DNA of 64,000 nt from an uncultured delta proteobacterium (GCA_963803415.1 CAWDMI010000002.1:1536369-1600368); one strand, 5' to 3'; positions 1 to 9,400 are shown, counted from the first letter of the stretch. The notes: generated from the sequence alone by a model not told the origin. Made by a program: numbers and translations.

Positions 1-679
1 CGGCCTCTGCGGGGAGGACGGGCACGCCGCGGTCGACCAGGCTGCGACGCGGAAGATCCCATCGGTTATCGTCATGGTTGATGTTGAATCGTCCCAGCGG
101 AACCAAAACGGCGCCACCGCGGAATTTGCGCCAATCGCCGATGTCGTACTGCATCCACGCCTGCTCCAGTGAAATTTCCGACTGATTGGTGCCTTCAATC
201 GCCTGGGCGCTCGTTAACCCGCCGCCGGGCGTTTTCGTGGTCGTTTTTTCAAATTCCAGTTCGGTGAATCTTTCGAACTCGAGTTCCATATTGGCCTTCA
301 GTCGCTCGGTGATAGGACTATCCACCGTCAAGACGAAGCGGCGGAAGGTAAAAGTGTTGTGCAGCTCGTCCAGATTCGAAGTGCCGTAGCGCATTGAACC
401 GTAGGCACCGACCTTGGTTTGCGCAATGAGTCTATCAAAGAAACTTTGTCCTTTCGCGGTGACCTCTGAGATCACGTCCTTTTTGACTTCTGCTTTGATC
501 GCGGCGCGCTCGTCCGCCGCCTTTTTTTCGCGCGCCGTGTCCTCCATTTCGAGTTTCTTTTCCAACCGTTCTAATTTTTGCCTGAGCTCTCTAACCTCCG
601 CGGCAAGGTCACTTTCCTGCGCGGAGCCGAAAGATGGAAAGATCAGTAGCGCCGAGAGAACCCCAATCCACGTTTTCAT
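1..679 (-). CDS. Outer-membrane porin-like protein with N-terminal signal peptide and coiled-coil (DcaP/OprO-P-like), 3'-partial (runs off window start)
   Basis: My own minus-strand translation from ATG (677-679) gives MKTWIGVLSALLIFPSFGSAQ (signal peptide), then a heptad-rich charged coiled coil (ELRQKLERLEKKLEMED...), then an alternating hydrophobic beta-strand-like region. There is no stop before position 1, so it is absent from the ORF track. It lies co-directionally downstream of the cytochrome/FTR1/CCP genes. Confidence 0.55.
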   Translation of the reverse strand, partial: MKTWIGVLSALLIFPSFGSAQESDLAAEVRELRQKLERLEKKLEMEDTAREKKAADERAAIKAEVKKDVISEVTAKGQSFFDRLIAQTKVGAYGSMRYGTSNLDELHNTFTFRRFVLTVDSPITERLKANMELEFERFTELEFEKTTTKTPGGGLTSAQAIEGTNQSEISLEQAWMQYDIGDWRKFRGGAVLVPLGRFNINHDDNRWDLPRRSLVDRGVPVLPAEA

Positions 680-701
680 TTTTGACTCCTTTCCGAGTTG
701 G

Positions 702-2603
702 CTATTCGTAGTCTTCGTTGAGCGATTTTAGGAACGCCACGAGCGTGGCGATGTCGCCGGGCTGCAGCGCGATGCCGCTGAGCAAAGGGTCGGGATTGCG
801 CATTGTTCCAGCGCGCGCGAAGTTTGAAAACTTCGCATACAAACCAATCACACTCTCTAAAGTATCGGACCGGCCCGTGTGCAGGTATGGCCCTGAATGG
901 CCGAGATCGTGTAACCCTGGCGTTTTAAATCGCGCAATCGCCATTGTTAGAGCTAGAGCTGGGTCATCTAAACACTTGCGTCGGCGGCGCGTGCCTTCGC
1001 ACAGAATGTCTCGGAGGGTTTTCTGCGGGTGCGGTAGGTCGGGATTGGCAAAGACATTCCATACCCCGATATCAGTGTGCCCGGGTTGGTCACTTGAGGG
1101 TATATCGAGAAAGGGCCCGAGGGCACTGGGGCGATTGAAAGTCGGTGGCAGAAACAGATCAAAGTTGGCCGTGCGGGTGGTGAGGTCCGGGATAGCAAGG
1201 GCGGCGAAGGTACCGCCACCGTGAATGTTGTCGTACTCATCCTGGGCTGCGCCGGTATTGTGGAAGCTAAAGTCAGTGAATTTGGGTGCAGGGTGACATG
1301 CCACACAATTGCCGATACCGCCTAGGGCTAGCGCCGCGCCGGGTAAGGGAAGGGAGTCCGGTTCGCGAAGGAAGGCCTTTAGTCCTTCCAATTCGAGCGG
1401 TCCGAACTCGAAAGGCTGTTGGTGGAGCGCGAAAGTTCCGTCGTCGGGAGTGACAAAGCGGGGTTGCTGGAGTTTATCAATCAGCTTTCGAAGACGCCGG
1501 CTGTAATGCGAGTCGGGCTCGCCCACGTCCGGACCCGCCGGCAGCAAGTTCTTCCGCAGAAAGATATCGTAAGGAGAGCCAGAAAATGCCCCGGCGAAAT
1601 CCTGCGCGAAGACCAGAGACTGCACGTACGCACCGATGAGTTTGGCTACGGCGTCGAGGATTTTCTCGTCGCTTGCTCTATCAACTCTTATTCGCAAGCG
1701 CCCGGGAAGGCGGAGTTCCCGTGGAATGCTGGCGTCTTTTCCTGCAAGGACGATGCGGTATGACCCGCCAAAGCTGCGCGCAAGCTCCCCCTGACCGTCG
1801 TCGTCGCGGATGATATGCGCGATATGCGCCACGGCCCGAGCGCGCTCGTTAGGGAGCCAGCCGAAGTTTCGTCCAGTGAGTGTCCCGCGGACAAGGTCTT
1901 CTATGCTCGTGAACTCACCGTCGAAATGCAGAAACAAATCACGTCGTTTCAGCAAAGCGTTCACGAGAGGTGGGAAGTTGCGAGGGCTTGTGAGTTTACC
2001 ATCCGGTCGCGGCGGCACCGGGCTGCGGCGGGCAAAGTCGGCGTAAGTCCGATTGCCGCCGTCTAGGAACTCTTTCTGTTCGTCAACGAGGTGACAACTT
2101 CTGCAGTTCATAGAACTTCCGGCAAACGGGTCGGGCAATGGATCGCCTGTTGTCGTTGTGAAATCCATTGTCGGATCCCCGGTGGGCACCACGGCGTTCG
2201 CGTTTCCAGCTGAGTTCGCAAAGAAAAACTGGGCAAAACGTGTTTCCAAAAACAGGCGTTCCCCAATGGCGACGTCGGCAGGATCAGCCTCTTCTTCCTG
2301 ACCTAGAGCGGCTGGCAGTCGACCCAAGGGGCGATGATGTACAGGACGCAGGCCAAGGCCACTCCAATAACACCAAAGTGTCGGAGCAATGTTTTTCGCG
2401 GTTTCATGTTTCACCTCTTCCGTCGGTAATGGAAATAATCGGTTTGACGCAGTTGCATTTTTCACAGCCTGGAGTAGCAATGCAGATACAACCGGAGATT
2501 TTCTCCCCCTTCTTAGCAGCAGATTGATGGAGCCGGAGTGCCATGCCATTTCACAATGCATCAACCTCGGCAGTGCCCACCTCAAGGACCGACAAATGTT
2601 CAA
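702..2603 (-). CDS. Di-heme cytochrome c peroxidase (CCP/MauG) family protein; N-terminus probably frameshifted (signal peptide sits in the +1 frame)
   Basis: Two CXXCH motifs (CRSCH and CVACH). CCP N-domain signatures are present (IGERLFLETRF ... SPRNFPPLVNA ... HFDGEF), together with the C-domain heme context CVACHPAPKFTDFSFHNTG. A textbook signal peptide (MKPRKTLLRHFGVIGVALACVLYIIAP, ATG at 2407) lies in the adjacent frame and ends at a stop about 2294. The true start is therefore probably 2407 with a frameshift near 2295-2310, or alternatively GTG at 2414. Confidence 0.7.
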   Translation of the reverse strand: MNICRSLRWALPRLMHCEMAWHSGSINLLLRRGRKSPVVSALLLQAVKNATASNRLFPLPTEEVKHETAKNIAPTLWCYWSGLGLRPVHHRPLGRLPAALGQEEEADPADVAIGERLFLETRFAQFFFANSAGNANAVVPTGDPTMDFTTTTGDPLPDPFAGSSMNCRSCHLVDEQKEFLDGGNRTYADFARRSPVPPRPDGKLTSPRNFPPLVNALLKRRDLFLHFDGEFTSIEDLVRGTLTGRNFGWLPNERARAVAHIAHIIRDDDGQGELARSFGGSYRIVLAGKDASIPRELRLPGRLRIRVDRASDEKILDAVAKLIGAYVQSLVFAQDFAGAFSGSPYDIFLRKNLLPAGPDVGEPDSHYSRRLRKLIDKLQQPRFVTPDDGTFALHQQPFEFGPLELEGLKAFLREPDSLPLPGAALALGGIGNCVACHPAPKFTDFSFHNTGAAQDEYDNIHGGGTFAALAIPDLTTRTANFDLFLPPTFNRPSALGPFLDIPSSDQPGHTDIGVWNVFANPDLPHPQKTLRDILCEGTRRRRKCLDDPALALTMAIARFKTPGLHDLGHSGPYLHTGRSDTLESVIGLYAKFSNFARAGTMRNPDPLLSGIALQPGDIATLVAFLKSLNEDYE

Positions 2604-2775
2604 CCTGCTTCATCCCTTGGTCCCGAGCCATAGCGACCGTTGAGCTCAAACTGAAGTGTGGGACCTAAGTCCGTGAGCGCATCCCAACAGAAACCCGAAA
2701 CAAAAAAGCCCGGAACACCCCATCGGGTGACATCCGGGCTCTGGATTCAAAACCTCTGGCCTCTGGATAAGTCTT

Positions 2776-2988
2776 TTAGGATATTATCTCGATTGTTTTT
2801 CTCATATCATCCTCCAAAGCGATGATGACGTAACGCTTGCATCGGCGACACTTCAGCTCTACACCCGTAGGTACTAAACGTGCGACCAAGCTACCGCAGA
2901 CGCAGCGCAGCGATTTCTGAGCTTCGTCGTTTGTACTGTTGTTGCTATTCTGGTTCATAAGATATTGCCATTTACGCAGCCGCCTCAC
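2776..2988 (-). CDS. Small zinc-ribbon protein, Com-like (phage Mu Com family-like)
   Basis: The 70-aa ORF has a CxxC...CxxC arrangement (LRCVCGSLVARLVPTGVELKCRRCKRYV) that resembles Mu Com-type zinc fingers. The local stretch is AT-rich. It uses a GTG start overlapping the stop of the upstream FTR1 gene, with an alternative ATG at 2958. Confidence 0.4.
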   Translation of the reverse strand: MRRLRKWQYLMNQNSNNSTNDEAQKSLRCVCGSLVARLVPTGVELKCRRCKRYVIIALEDDMRKTIEIIS

Positions 2989-4933
2989 GCTGTCGACCAG
3001 ACCACAAAACCGTAGCGACGAGGGCTACGACCATGAGACCCTGCGCTGCGAGAGTCTCGATCGTAGGATAAACGCCAAGCCATGGCACCTGGGGCGGAAA
3101 TGGTAGCGGTGTGGAACTAGACCAACCCGCAGCTTGCAATTCTTTGACACCATTGCCTGCGAACACAAACGCCAAAAGGTAAAGCAGAGCGCCCGCAGCG
3201 CCGAAAAAGTACTTGAGTGGGATTCGTAATCCTAATTTAAAGATCGCCCAAACCAAAACAGCCAAGATACCGAGGCCAGCGACGAATCCCCAGATCACTA
3301 ACTGCGGGGAACTGGGGCTTTGCAACCAGAGCGCCTGATAGAAGAGCACAACTTCGAAGGCTTCGCGAAAAACGGCAAAAAACGACACTCCGACCAGAGC
3401 CAGAATTCCTTTGCCGGACAGGGCCTCGTTCACTTTTGCTTGAATGAATCGCTGCCACTTTCTGGCCTCGGCTTTCGTATGGAGCCAATAACCCATATAA
3501 AAGAGCACCAGCGCGGCTCCTAGGGTAATCAAACCTTCCATGATTTCCCTATGGCTGCCACTAAGAGTCAGGACGGTCTGGGCCAAAATCCACATCAGCA
3601 ATCCTGCAGCGACGGCAAGAACCCACCCCAGATGGACATATCGAATGGCTTCTTTCGCCCCCATAACCCGTAGTAGCGCTAGGATTGCCGCGAGAATAAG
3701 AGCGGCTTCGAGACCTTCGCGCACAATGATCAACGCTGCATTCAAAAAGAGGTACCAACCGGAAAGCGAATTCTCCCTTGTCAGAAGCTGGGATGCGTGA
3801 GCCAGCTCCGCGTCAATTACCTGCTTCTGGCGCTGAACTTCGGCTACGGGGTCTCCGCGCTTTATGGAAGAACGGAATTGCGTGAAGCGAGCCTCTAGAG
3901 CACGGCCGAACGAAAGGTCCCTAGCGAACAATGCTGGCTCGGCAAGGTCGAAGCCGTCAATATAGGACTCGACAGCTTTTTGATACGCTTGATCCTTCTC
4001 CCCCTTCTCGTAAAGGTCCAGTGCTTCGCTCAAGAGGGTCTTTGCTCGAAGCAACGGATCCGCCGTGTTCTCCTCGAGTAATCCTCGTCTCAAGTATGCC
4101 AGGGCTCTCCAGCGATCGGATTGTGCCGGGAAGTAAGATTGCAGCCGGTTCTCCAATTCCTTATCTGAAAGATTCGATAGGGACTCGATGCCGATCAATT
4201 TTTGAGGCAGCTTTTTCGATTCGAGTAACCGCTTCCCTTCTTGTGCGGTATCGGAAAGAAAGCGGAGGGAGAAGACATAGAAAGCAACTTGCCAGCGTTC
4301 GCTTACGGTCAGGGCTGAAAAATTGGGCATCGCTGTGCCCGGGACGCCAAAGGTCGCAGTATTGAACGCCCGGAAAGGAGAAAGGTTGGCCATGACCTGT
4401 GAGTCGTTGAAATTGGCCGGAGCCGGTTCCTTGGGCTGCATGGTCGCGCGGCTTGGACCATCTCCTTTGCCCGATTCTCCGTGACACTGAGCACAAGTTT
4501 CGGTGTAAACTTTTCTTCCCGCTCCAAGGGCAGGTGTAGTTTTGGGAAAGGTTTCAATTCCGTATGCCGCAACCAGCTTTTGTCTGATGCTCTGGGTAAG
4601 TTCAGCAACGCGTGCTTCGCTTTCGTGCTTTTGAACCTGAGCTTCCAGCTGCTGAAGAATGGGCTCGACTCCGGCCTTATCAACTTTTTCCGTTGCCTTA
4701 AGCTGCGCAAATAGTTGGAGCGCGTTCGCTGTAAATTCCTTCATCTCCTGGTATTCATCCTGGCTGATCACTTTTCCGTCCTTAACGGCATTGTTGTAAT
4801 CTCCGCCGATGTAATCGACCAAAGCCAAGAGCCTTTGAGCGTCGTCAGCACCCAGGACACAAGGGACAGCTAAAAAGAGAGAAAAGCACAGGGCTAGAAA
4901 GTAACTCACGTTGCGGTTCAGCCGTATCGCCAT
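2972..4933 (-). CDS. Fusion protein: periplasmic c-type cytochrome domain plus FTR1/EfeU-family high-affinity iron permease
   Basis: The N-terminus carries a signal peptide and a soluble ~380-aa domain with one CXXCH (CAQCHGESGKGDGP). The C-terminal half has seven predicted TM helices and the two FTR1 REXXE motifs (REGLEAA, REAFEVV). It is adjacent and divergent to a DtxR-family regulator. Confidence 0.8.
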   Translation of the reverse strand: MAIRLNRNVSYFLALCFSLFLAVPCVLGADDAQRLLALVDYIGGDYNNAVKDGKVISQDEYQEMKEFTANALQLFAQLKATEKVDKAGVEPILQQLEAQVQKHESEARVAELTQSIRQKLVAAYGIETFPKTTPALGAGRKVYTETCAQCHGESGKGDGPSRATMQPKEPAPANFNDSQVMANLSPFRAFNTATFGVPGTAMPNFSALTVSERWQVAFYVFSLRFLSDTAQEGKRLLESKKLPQKLIGIESLSNLSDKELENRLQSYFPAQSDRWRALAYLRRGLLEENTADPLLRAKTLLSEALDLYEKGEKDQAYQKAVESYIDGFDLAEPALFARDLSFGRALEARFTQFRSSIKRGDPVAEVQRQKQVIDAELAHASQLLTRENSLSGWYLFLNAALIIVREGLEAALILAAILALLRVMGAKEAIRYVHLGWVLAVAAGLLMWILAQTVLTLSGSHREIMEGLITLGAALVLFYMGYWLHTKAEARKWQRFIQAKVNEALSGKGILALVGVSFFAVFREAFEVVLFYQALWLQSPSSPQLVIWGFVAGLGILAVLVWAIFKLGLRIPLKYFFGAAGALLYLLAFVFAGNGVKELQAAGWSSSTPLPFPPQVPWLGVYPTIETLAAQGLMVVALVATVLWSGRQREAAA

Positions 4934-4993
4934 AAAGACTGCTTTCGCTCACGATCGGGGATTACAGTAAAAAAGAAGGGTGAGCTGCATCAT

Positions 4994-5017
4994 TGTCATC
5001 CATGCGATTGTGTGACA
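4994..5017. promoter_or_regulatory. Candidate metalloregulator operator: inverted repeat TGTCA-N14-TGACA in the divergent FTR1/dtxR-like intergenic region
   Basis: TGTCATCCATGCGATTGTGTGACA lies between the divergently transcribed iron permease and the DtxR-family gene. Palindromic operators in this position are typical for DtxR/MntR/Fur-type control of iron genes. The exact repressor is unknown. Confidence 0.25.
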
Positions 5018-5167
5018 GCAAAATGCACTTGTTCCCTCCCTTGAACTTGCTGAACGGGTCAAATAAGATAACCCCGTCAGACCTCGGCAGCATTCAGCCA
5101 CCTGATAAGTTGGAGCCACTGAACTCAAGAAGTTCGAATACACTAATAAAAAAAGCATGTCAAGCTT

Positions 5168-5839
5168 ATGGAGAGCTATAAGATGACCCCAACGGCCGAG
5201 GATTACCTGAGAACGATCTTTGTCCTAGGAGAGGATATGCAACCGGTAATTGCCGCACGGGTCGCCGAGGAGATGGGAGTTTCGCCTTCGACCGTAGTAA
5301 CAACGCTCCGCCGGCTGGAAGAACAGGGATGCCTGAGAGTCGAACACCGAAAGGAAATTCATCTGACCCCTAAAGGCAAAAAGGTGGCCGAGGAGACGCT
5401 GCGGCGCCATTTTCTTACGGAAAGGTTATTAACCGACGTGTTGGGCATGGATTGGGTTAAAGCTCATCAAGAAGCGCATCGTTTAGAGCATGCGATCTCA
5501 GCGGAGGTGGAAGAGCGATTGGCCAAGCTTTTGAATCATCCAGCAACCTGCCCGCATGGGAATCCGATTCCTTATTCCGGCTCGCCGCAAGCGCGCCCAA
5601 AGCAGGTTCCTTTACATCTCGTTCGAGCGGGGAGCGAGGTCGTTCTGCAGTGTGTTACGGAAGGAGGGGAGCGGAATGCGCGCCTGCTGGCCTTTATGCA
5701 GGAGCATGGGCTGGCACCCGGAACCCGACTCAAAATTGTTGACACGGCCCCCTCGCTCGGCACGATGAGCCTGCGAGTTGGCGCAGGCGACGAGATCATC
5801 CTCGGTCTGGAAGCCGCAAAAAAAATTCGTGTGCAGTAA
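5168..5839 (+). CDS. DtxR/IdeR-family iron (metal)-dependent transcriptional repressor with C-terminal FeoA/SH3-like domain
   Basis: N-terminal wHTH typical of DtxR (TAEDYLRTIFVLGED...RVAEEMGVSPSTVVTTLRRLEEQGCL), a metal-binding/dimerisation region, and a C-terminal SH3-like FeoA segment (GSEVVLQCV...LAPGTRLKIVD). Confidence 0.85.
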   Translation: MESYKMTPTAEDYLRTIFVLGEDMQPVIAARVAEEMGVSPSTVVTTLRRLEEQGCLRVEHRKEIHLTPKGKKVAEETLRRHFLTERLLTDVLGMDWVKAHQEAHRLEHAISAEVEERLAKLLNHPATCPHGNPIPYSGSPQARPKQVPLHLVRAGSEVVLQCVTEGGERNARLLAFMQEHGLAPGTRLKIVDTAPSLGTMSLRVGAGDEIILGLEAAKKIRVQ

Positions 5840-5893
5840 AAGTCGTTTGGCGGCAGTCCTATCGAGACAAAAGACTAGGTCGCACAGGAACTT

Positions 5894-6184
5894 TTACGAC
5901 TGGGTTGCCTGAGGAAGGAGAAATTTCTTTAAAGAGTCAGGGATGTGCTCGGGGTTAATTCTCTCTTCGGCGAGCTGGTGGAGAAGGAAATCAATCCGCT
6001 CTGCCAGCGGTTCATCCCGATCGACAATGATGAGATCCCTTCCTTTGACCCGACACCGGCCGCTACGAGCGTGGTACCCCGCTTCACGCAACAGTTTTTC
6101 GGTTCGCACCTCGATATTTTGTTTTTCGGCTAACTGTACCAGTTGGATAAGAATCGTTTCTTTTCTTTTGTTTTCCGATCTCAT
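5894..6184 (-). CDS. Hypothetical protein (96 aa)
   Basis: Clean ORF with plausible coding composition; no recognisable family from sequence alone. Confidence 0.4.
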   Translation of the reverse strand: MRSENKRKETILIQLVQLAEKQNIEVRTEKLLREAGYHARSGRCRVKGRDLIIVDRDEPLAERIDFLLHQLAEERINPEHIPDSLKKFLLPQATQS

Positions 6185-6438
6185 CTTGCGTATGCCTTAT
6201 TATCTCTCATCAGAGTCGTTCTGTAAAGCTTTCGGTTGCGAAAACAGCTACTTGTAAAAAGTTCGCAGCTTGCTATCTTTGACCTGAGAGCGACCCAAGG
6301 AGAACAAGAGCGATGCGCAACTAACTATCGGCCGTGGCGATCCAAAACAAGAAATCTGGCGGCATCTTGTTGGTTTCCACTACGATTCTCTCCGGTTTGC
6401 CGGAACCGATAGTTCGATTCTTTTTATCAGGATGACGC

Positions 6439-7245
6439 ATGAAATTTTCAGCTGCCGCCATCCAGATGTTGGCGGGCGACGATAAAGCAGCCAACTTGGA
6501 AGAGGCTTCACAATGGGTTCGCAAAGCCGCATCTGAGGGCGCAACGGTTATTGCTTTACCGGAAGTTTTTAACTGGCGCGGAGATAAGGTGAAAGAAAGA
6601 GGATCTGCGGAACCGATTCCTGGTCCATCCTCGGGAGCGATGGCTCATTTGGCGCATGAGCTGGGTATCTATCTGCTCGCAGGTTCCATCCTTGAGGAAA
6701 TCTCTGGGAGGGATAAGGCGTATAATACCAGCCTCCTCTTCGGTCCATCGGGGCAACTTCTCGCGAGCTATCGCAAGATCCACTTGTTTGACGTTGATCT
6801 AGCCAACGGTGTTTCCGCGCGGGAGTCAGATACGCGAGCGCACGGCGAAAACGTTGTTGTAGCCAAGACGAGGTTTTGTCCGATGGGTCTTTCCATTTGT
6901 TATGATCTCCGCTTTCCCGAACTTTATCGTGCCCTTGTCAGACAAGGATCTCAACTGATTTTTGTTCCCTCCGCTTTCACGGCATACACGGGACGGGCGC
7001 ACTGGGAAACACTTCTCCGCGCCCGGGCAATCGAAAATCAAGTCTACATGATTGCTCCCGATCAGTTCGGCAAGAATCCAAGAAGCTTCGAAACTCATGG
7101 CCATTCGATGATCATCGATCCTTGGGGCAAGATGTTGGCTGAGGCCCCTGATGGCCCGGGAGTGGTCCTCGCAGAGATTGACCTTGATTATCTAGCGCGG
7201 GTTCGTGAGGAGTTGCCCGCGCTTTCCCATCGACAGCTCATTTGA
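6439..7245 (+). CDS. Carbon-nitrogen hydrolase family protein (nitrilase/amidase superfamily)
   Basis: CN-hydrolase catalytic context: E in VIALPEVF, K in YRKIHLFD, C in GLSICYDLRFPE. Length 268 aa. Confidence 0.85.
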   Translation: MKFSAAAIQMLAGDDKAANLEEASQWVRKAASEGATVIALPEVFNWRGDKVKERGSAEPIPGPSSGAMAHLAHELGIYLLAGSILEEISGRDKAYNTSLLFGPSGQLLASYRKIHLFDVDLANGVSARESDTRAHGENVVVAKTRFCPMGLSICYDLRFPELYRALVRQGSQLIFVPSAFTAYTGRAHWETLLRARAIENQVYMIAPDQFGKNPRSFETHGHSMIIDPWGKMLAEAPDGPGVVLAEIDLDYLARVREELPALSHRQLI

Positions 7246-7404
7246 GTCGGTAGAACCAATTGGGATGCCTGCCGTAAACGTTGGCCATGATTTAGGCAAT
7301 CCGCTCAATCTTTGAGCAGTTTAGTTCGCTTGCCTGAAGTCGTTTTCACTTTCCGCCTGAGCAAAAACCCAGAAAAAGAGCTATCCCGACCTTGGTTGAA
7401 ATCT

Positions 7405-7419
7405 TGGCATGGGAGTTGC
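7405..7419 (+). promoter_or_regulatory. Candidate sigma-54 (-24/-12) promoter upstream of glnK-amt
   Basis: TGGCAT-N5-TTGC (ttggcatgggagttgcc) lies 118 nt upstream of the glnK ATG. glnK-amtB operons are classically sigma-54/NtrC-dependent in other bacteria. Confidence 0.4.
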
Positions 7420-7509
7420 CCATCATGAGAGTTGCTCTTTTTGATGGCAGAAGCAACTTGCGTCCGGTGATTCTATAACCCAGAAGAGGGAAAGGGATAA
7501 TTAAACTGA

Positions 7510-7875
<366 letters not shown>

Positions 7876-7910
7876 GATGAGATAAGAAGCAATCGAAGGG
7901 AGAAGTCGCG

Positions 7911-9377
7911 ATGAAGCGAGAAAGAGGAAGGATTTGGAAACTGTGGGTTCAAGCATTGCTGCTCGTGGTCGTGATCCCCACACTGGCCTATGCGCTGGAC
8001 GGAAAGGTGTTCAATGCGGAGGCAAAGAAATTAGAAGCGGTTCCTGAGGCAAAGTTGTGGGTTGATACGGTCTGGACCATCATTACGGCCATGCTGGTCT
8101 TTTTCATGCAAGCAGGCTTTGCCATGGTCGAAGGAGGGTTCACGCGGGCGAAGAATACCGCAAACATCATGATGAAGAATCTGATGGATTTCGCCATGGG
8201 TTCGATCGCTTTTTGGTTAATCGGGTTCGGCATCATGTTTGGCAACGGCAACGCGTTTTTTGGCATGACCGGTTTCTTTGTCACGCCCGGTAGCGGGGAA
8301 CTCTACGATGCCTTGAACTGGACGAGTGTGCCAACCTTAACGGCTTGGTTCTTCCAGCTCGTTTTCGCCGCGACCGCCGCAACCATTGTGTCCGGGGCGA
8401 TGGCGGAGCGGACAAAATTTGTTTCCTACTTAATCTACAGTTTCTTCATCTCGTTAATTTTCTATCCCATTGTGGGTCACTGGATCTGGGGCGGCGGGTG
8501 GTTGGCGGAGATGGGGATGCTGGACTTTGCCGGATCGACGGTGGTTCACTCCGTTGGTGGTTGGTTTGCGCTAATTGGTGCCATCATGCTGGGTCCGCGA
8601 CTGGGGAAATACGACGCTTCGGGAAAACCTCTTGCCATTCCCGGCCACAGCCTCTCGTTGGCTACTCTGGGAACTTTTATTCTGTGGTTCGGTTGGTTCG
8701 GATTCAATCCCGGGAGCACGATGGGCGCTGATGTGGCTGCCATTTCCTTGACTGCGACGAATACGAATCTCGCGGCGGCGGCGGGGGCGATTGCGGCGAC
8801 GATCACCTCTTGGTTGATTTTTCGCAAGCCGGATCTTTCCATGGCCCTGAACGGGGCACTGGCGGGATTGGTAGCGATTACTTGCTCGTGTGCCTTTGTT
8901 GATCCGTGGGTAGCGATTGTCTTCTTCGGCTTTGTTCCGGGGAGCGTCGTCGTGTTGTCGGTGATGTTTTTTGATCGCATCAAGATCGACGATCCGGTGG
9001 GAGCAATTTCGGTCCACGCGGTATGCGGCTCACTCGGGACCGCGTTGTTGGGATTGTTTCATAACCAACAGGGCCTTTTGTACGGGGGTGGGATGAGGTT
9101 TTTCACGGCGCAAATTGTGGGAGTGGTTAGTGTCTTTTTGTTCTGCGCGGTGGGCGCGTTTATTCTGTTCGGGCTGATCAAGATGACGGTAGGGTTACGC
9201 GTGTCTGAGGAGGAGGAGGTTGAAGGCCTCGATATCAATGAACACGGCAACGTTGCGTATCCAGATTTTGTTTCCGTAATGACGGGAAGTTCGAGGTCGA
9301 TCGCCAGCGGTGCTATGGCTAAGGTCAGCGCCGCGGGGTTTCAACCTCGGATGGCCACAAAGCCAGAAGGAATCTAG
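7911..9377 (+). CDS. amtB: Ammonium transporter (Amt family)
   Basis: 488 aa with signal sequence and about 11 TM helices. Amt signature regions are present (DFAGSTVVHSVGGWFALIGAIMLGPR; twin-His context). Confidence 0.95.
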   Translation: MKRERGRIWKLWVQALLLVVVIPTLAYALDGKVFNAEAKKLEAVPEAKLWVDTVWTIITAMLVFFMQAGFAMVEGGFTRAKNTANIMMKNLMDFAMGSIAFWLIGFGIMFGNGNAFFGMTGFFVTPGSGELYDALNWTSVPTLTAWFFQLVFAATAATIVSGAMAERTKFVSYLIYSFFISLIFYPIVGHWIWGGGWLAEMGMLDFAGSTVVHSVGGWFALIGAIMLGPRLGKYDASGKPLAIPGHSLSLATLGTFILWFGWFGFNPGSTMGADVAAISLTATNTNLAAAAGAIAATITSWLIFRKPDLSMALNGALAGLVAITCSCAFVDPWVAIVFFGFVPGSVVVLSVMFFDRIKIDDPVGAISVHAVCGSLGTALLGLFHNQQGLLYGGGMRFFTAQIVGVVSVFLFCAVGAFILFGLIKMTVGLRVSEEEEVEGLDINEHGNVAYPDFVSVMTGSSRSIASGAMAKVSAAGFQPRMATKPEGI

Positions 9378-9400
9378 CTCCGTGGTGTGTATGGCGCCCT

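Noticed and set aside
186-731. Plus-strand ORFs 186..389 and 414..731 at the window start
   Set aside because: They are antisense to a well-formed minus-strand porin-like CDS (signal peptide, coiled coil). Their products are low-complexity (S/F/A-rich) and they lack any RBS context. They are shadow ORFs.
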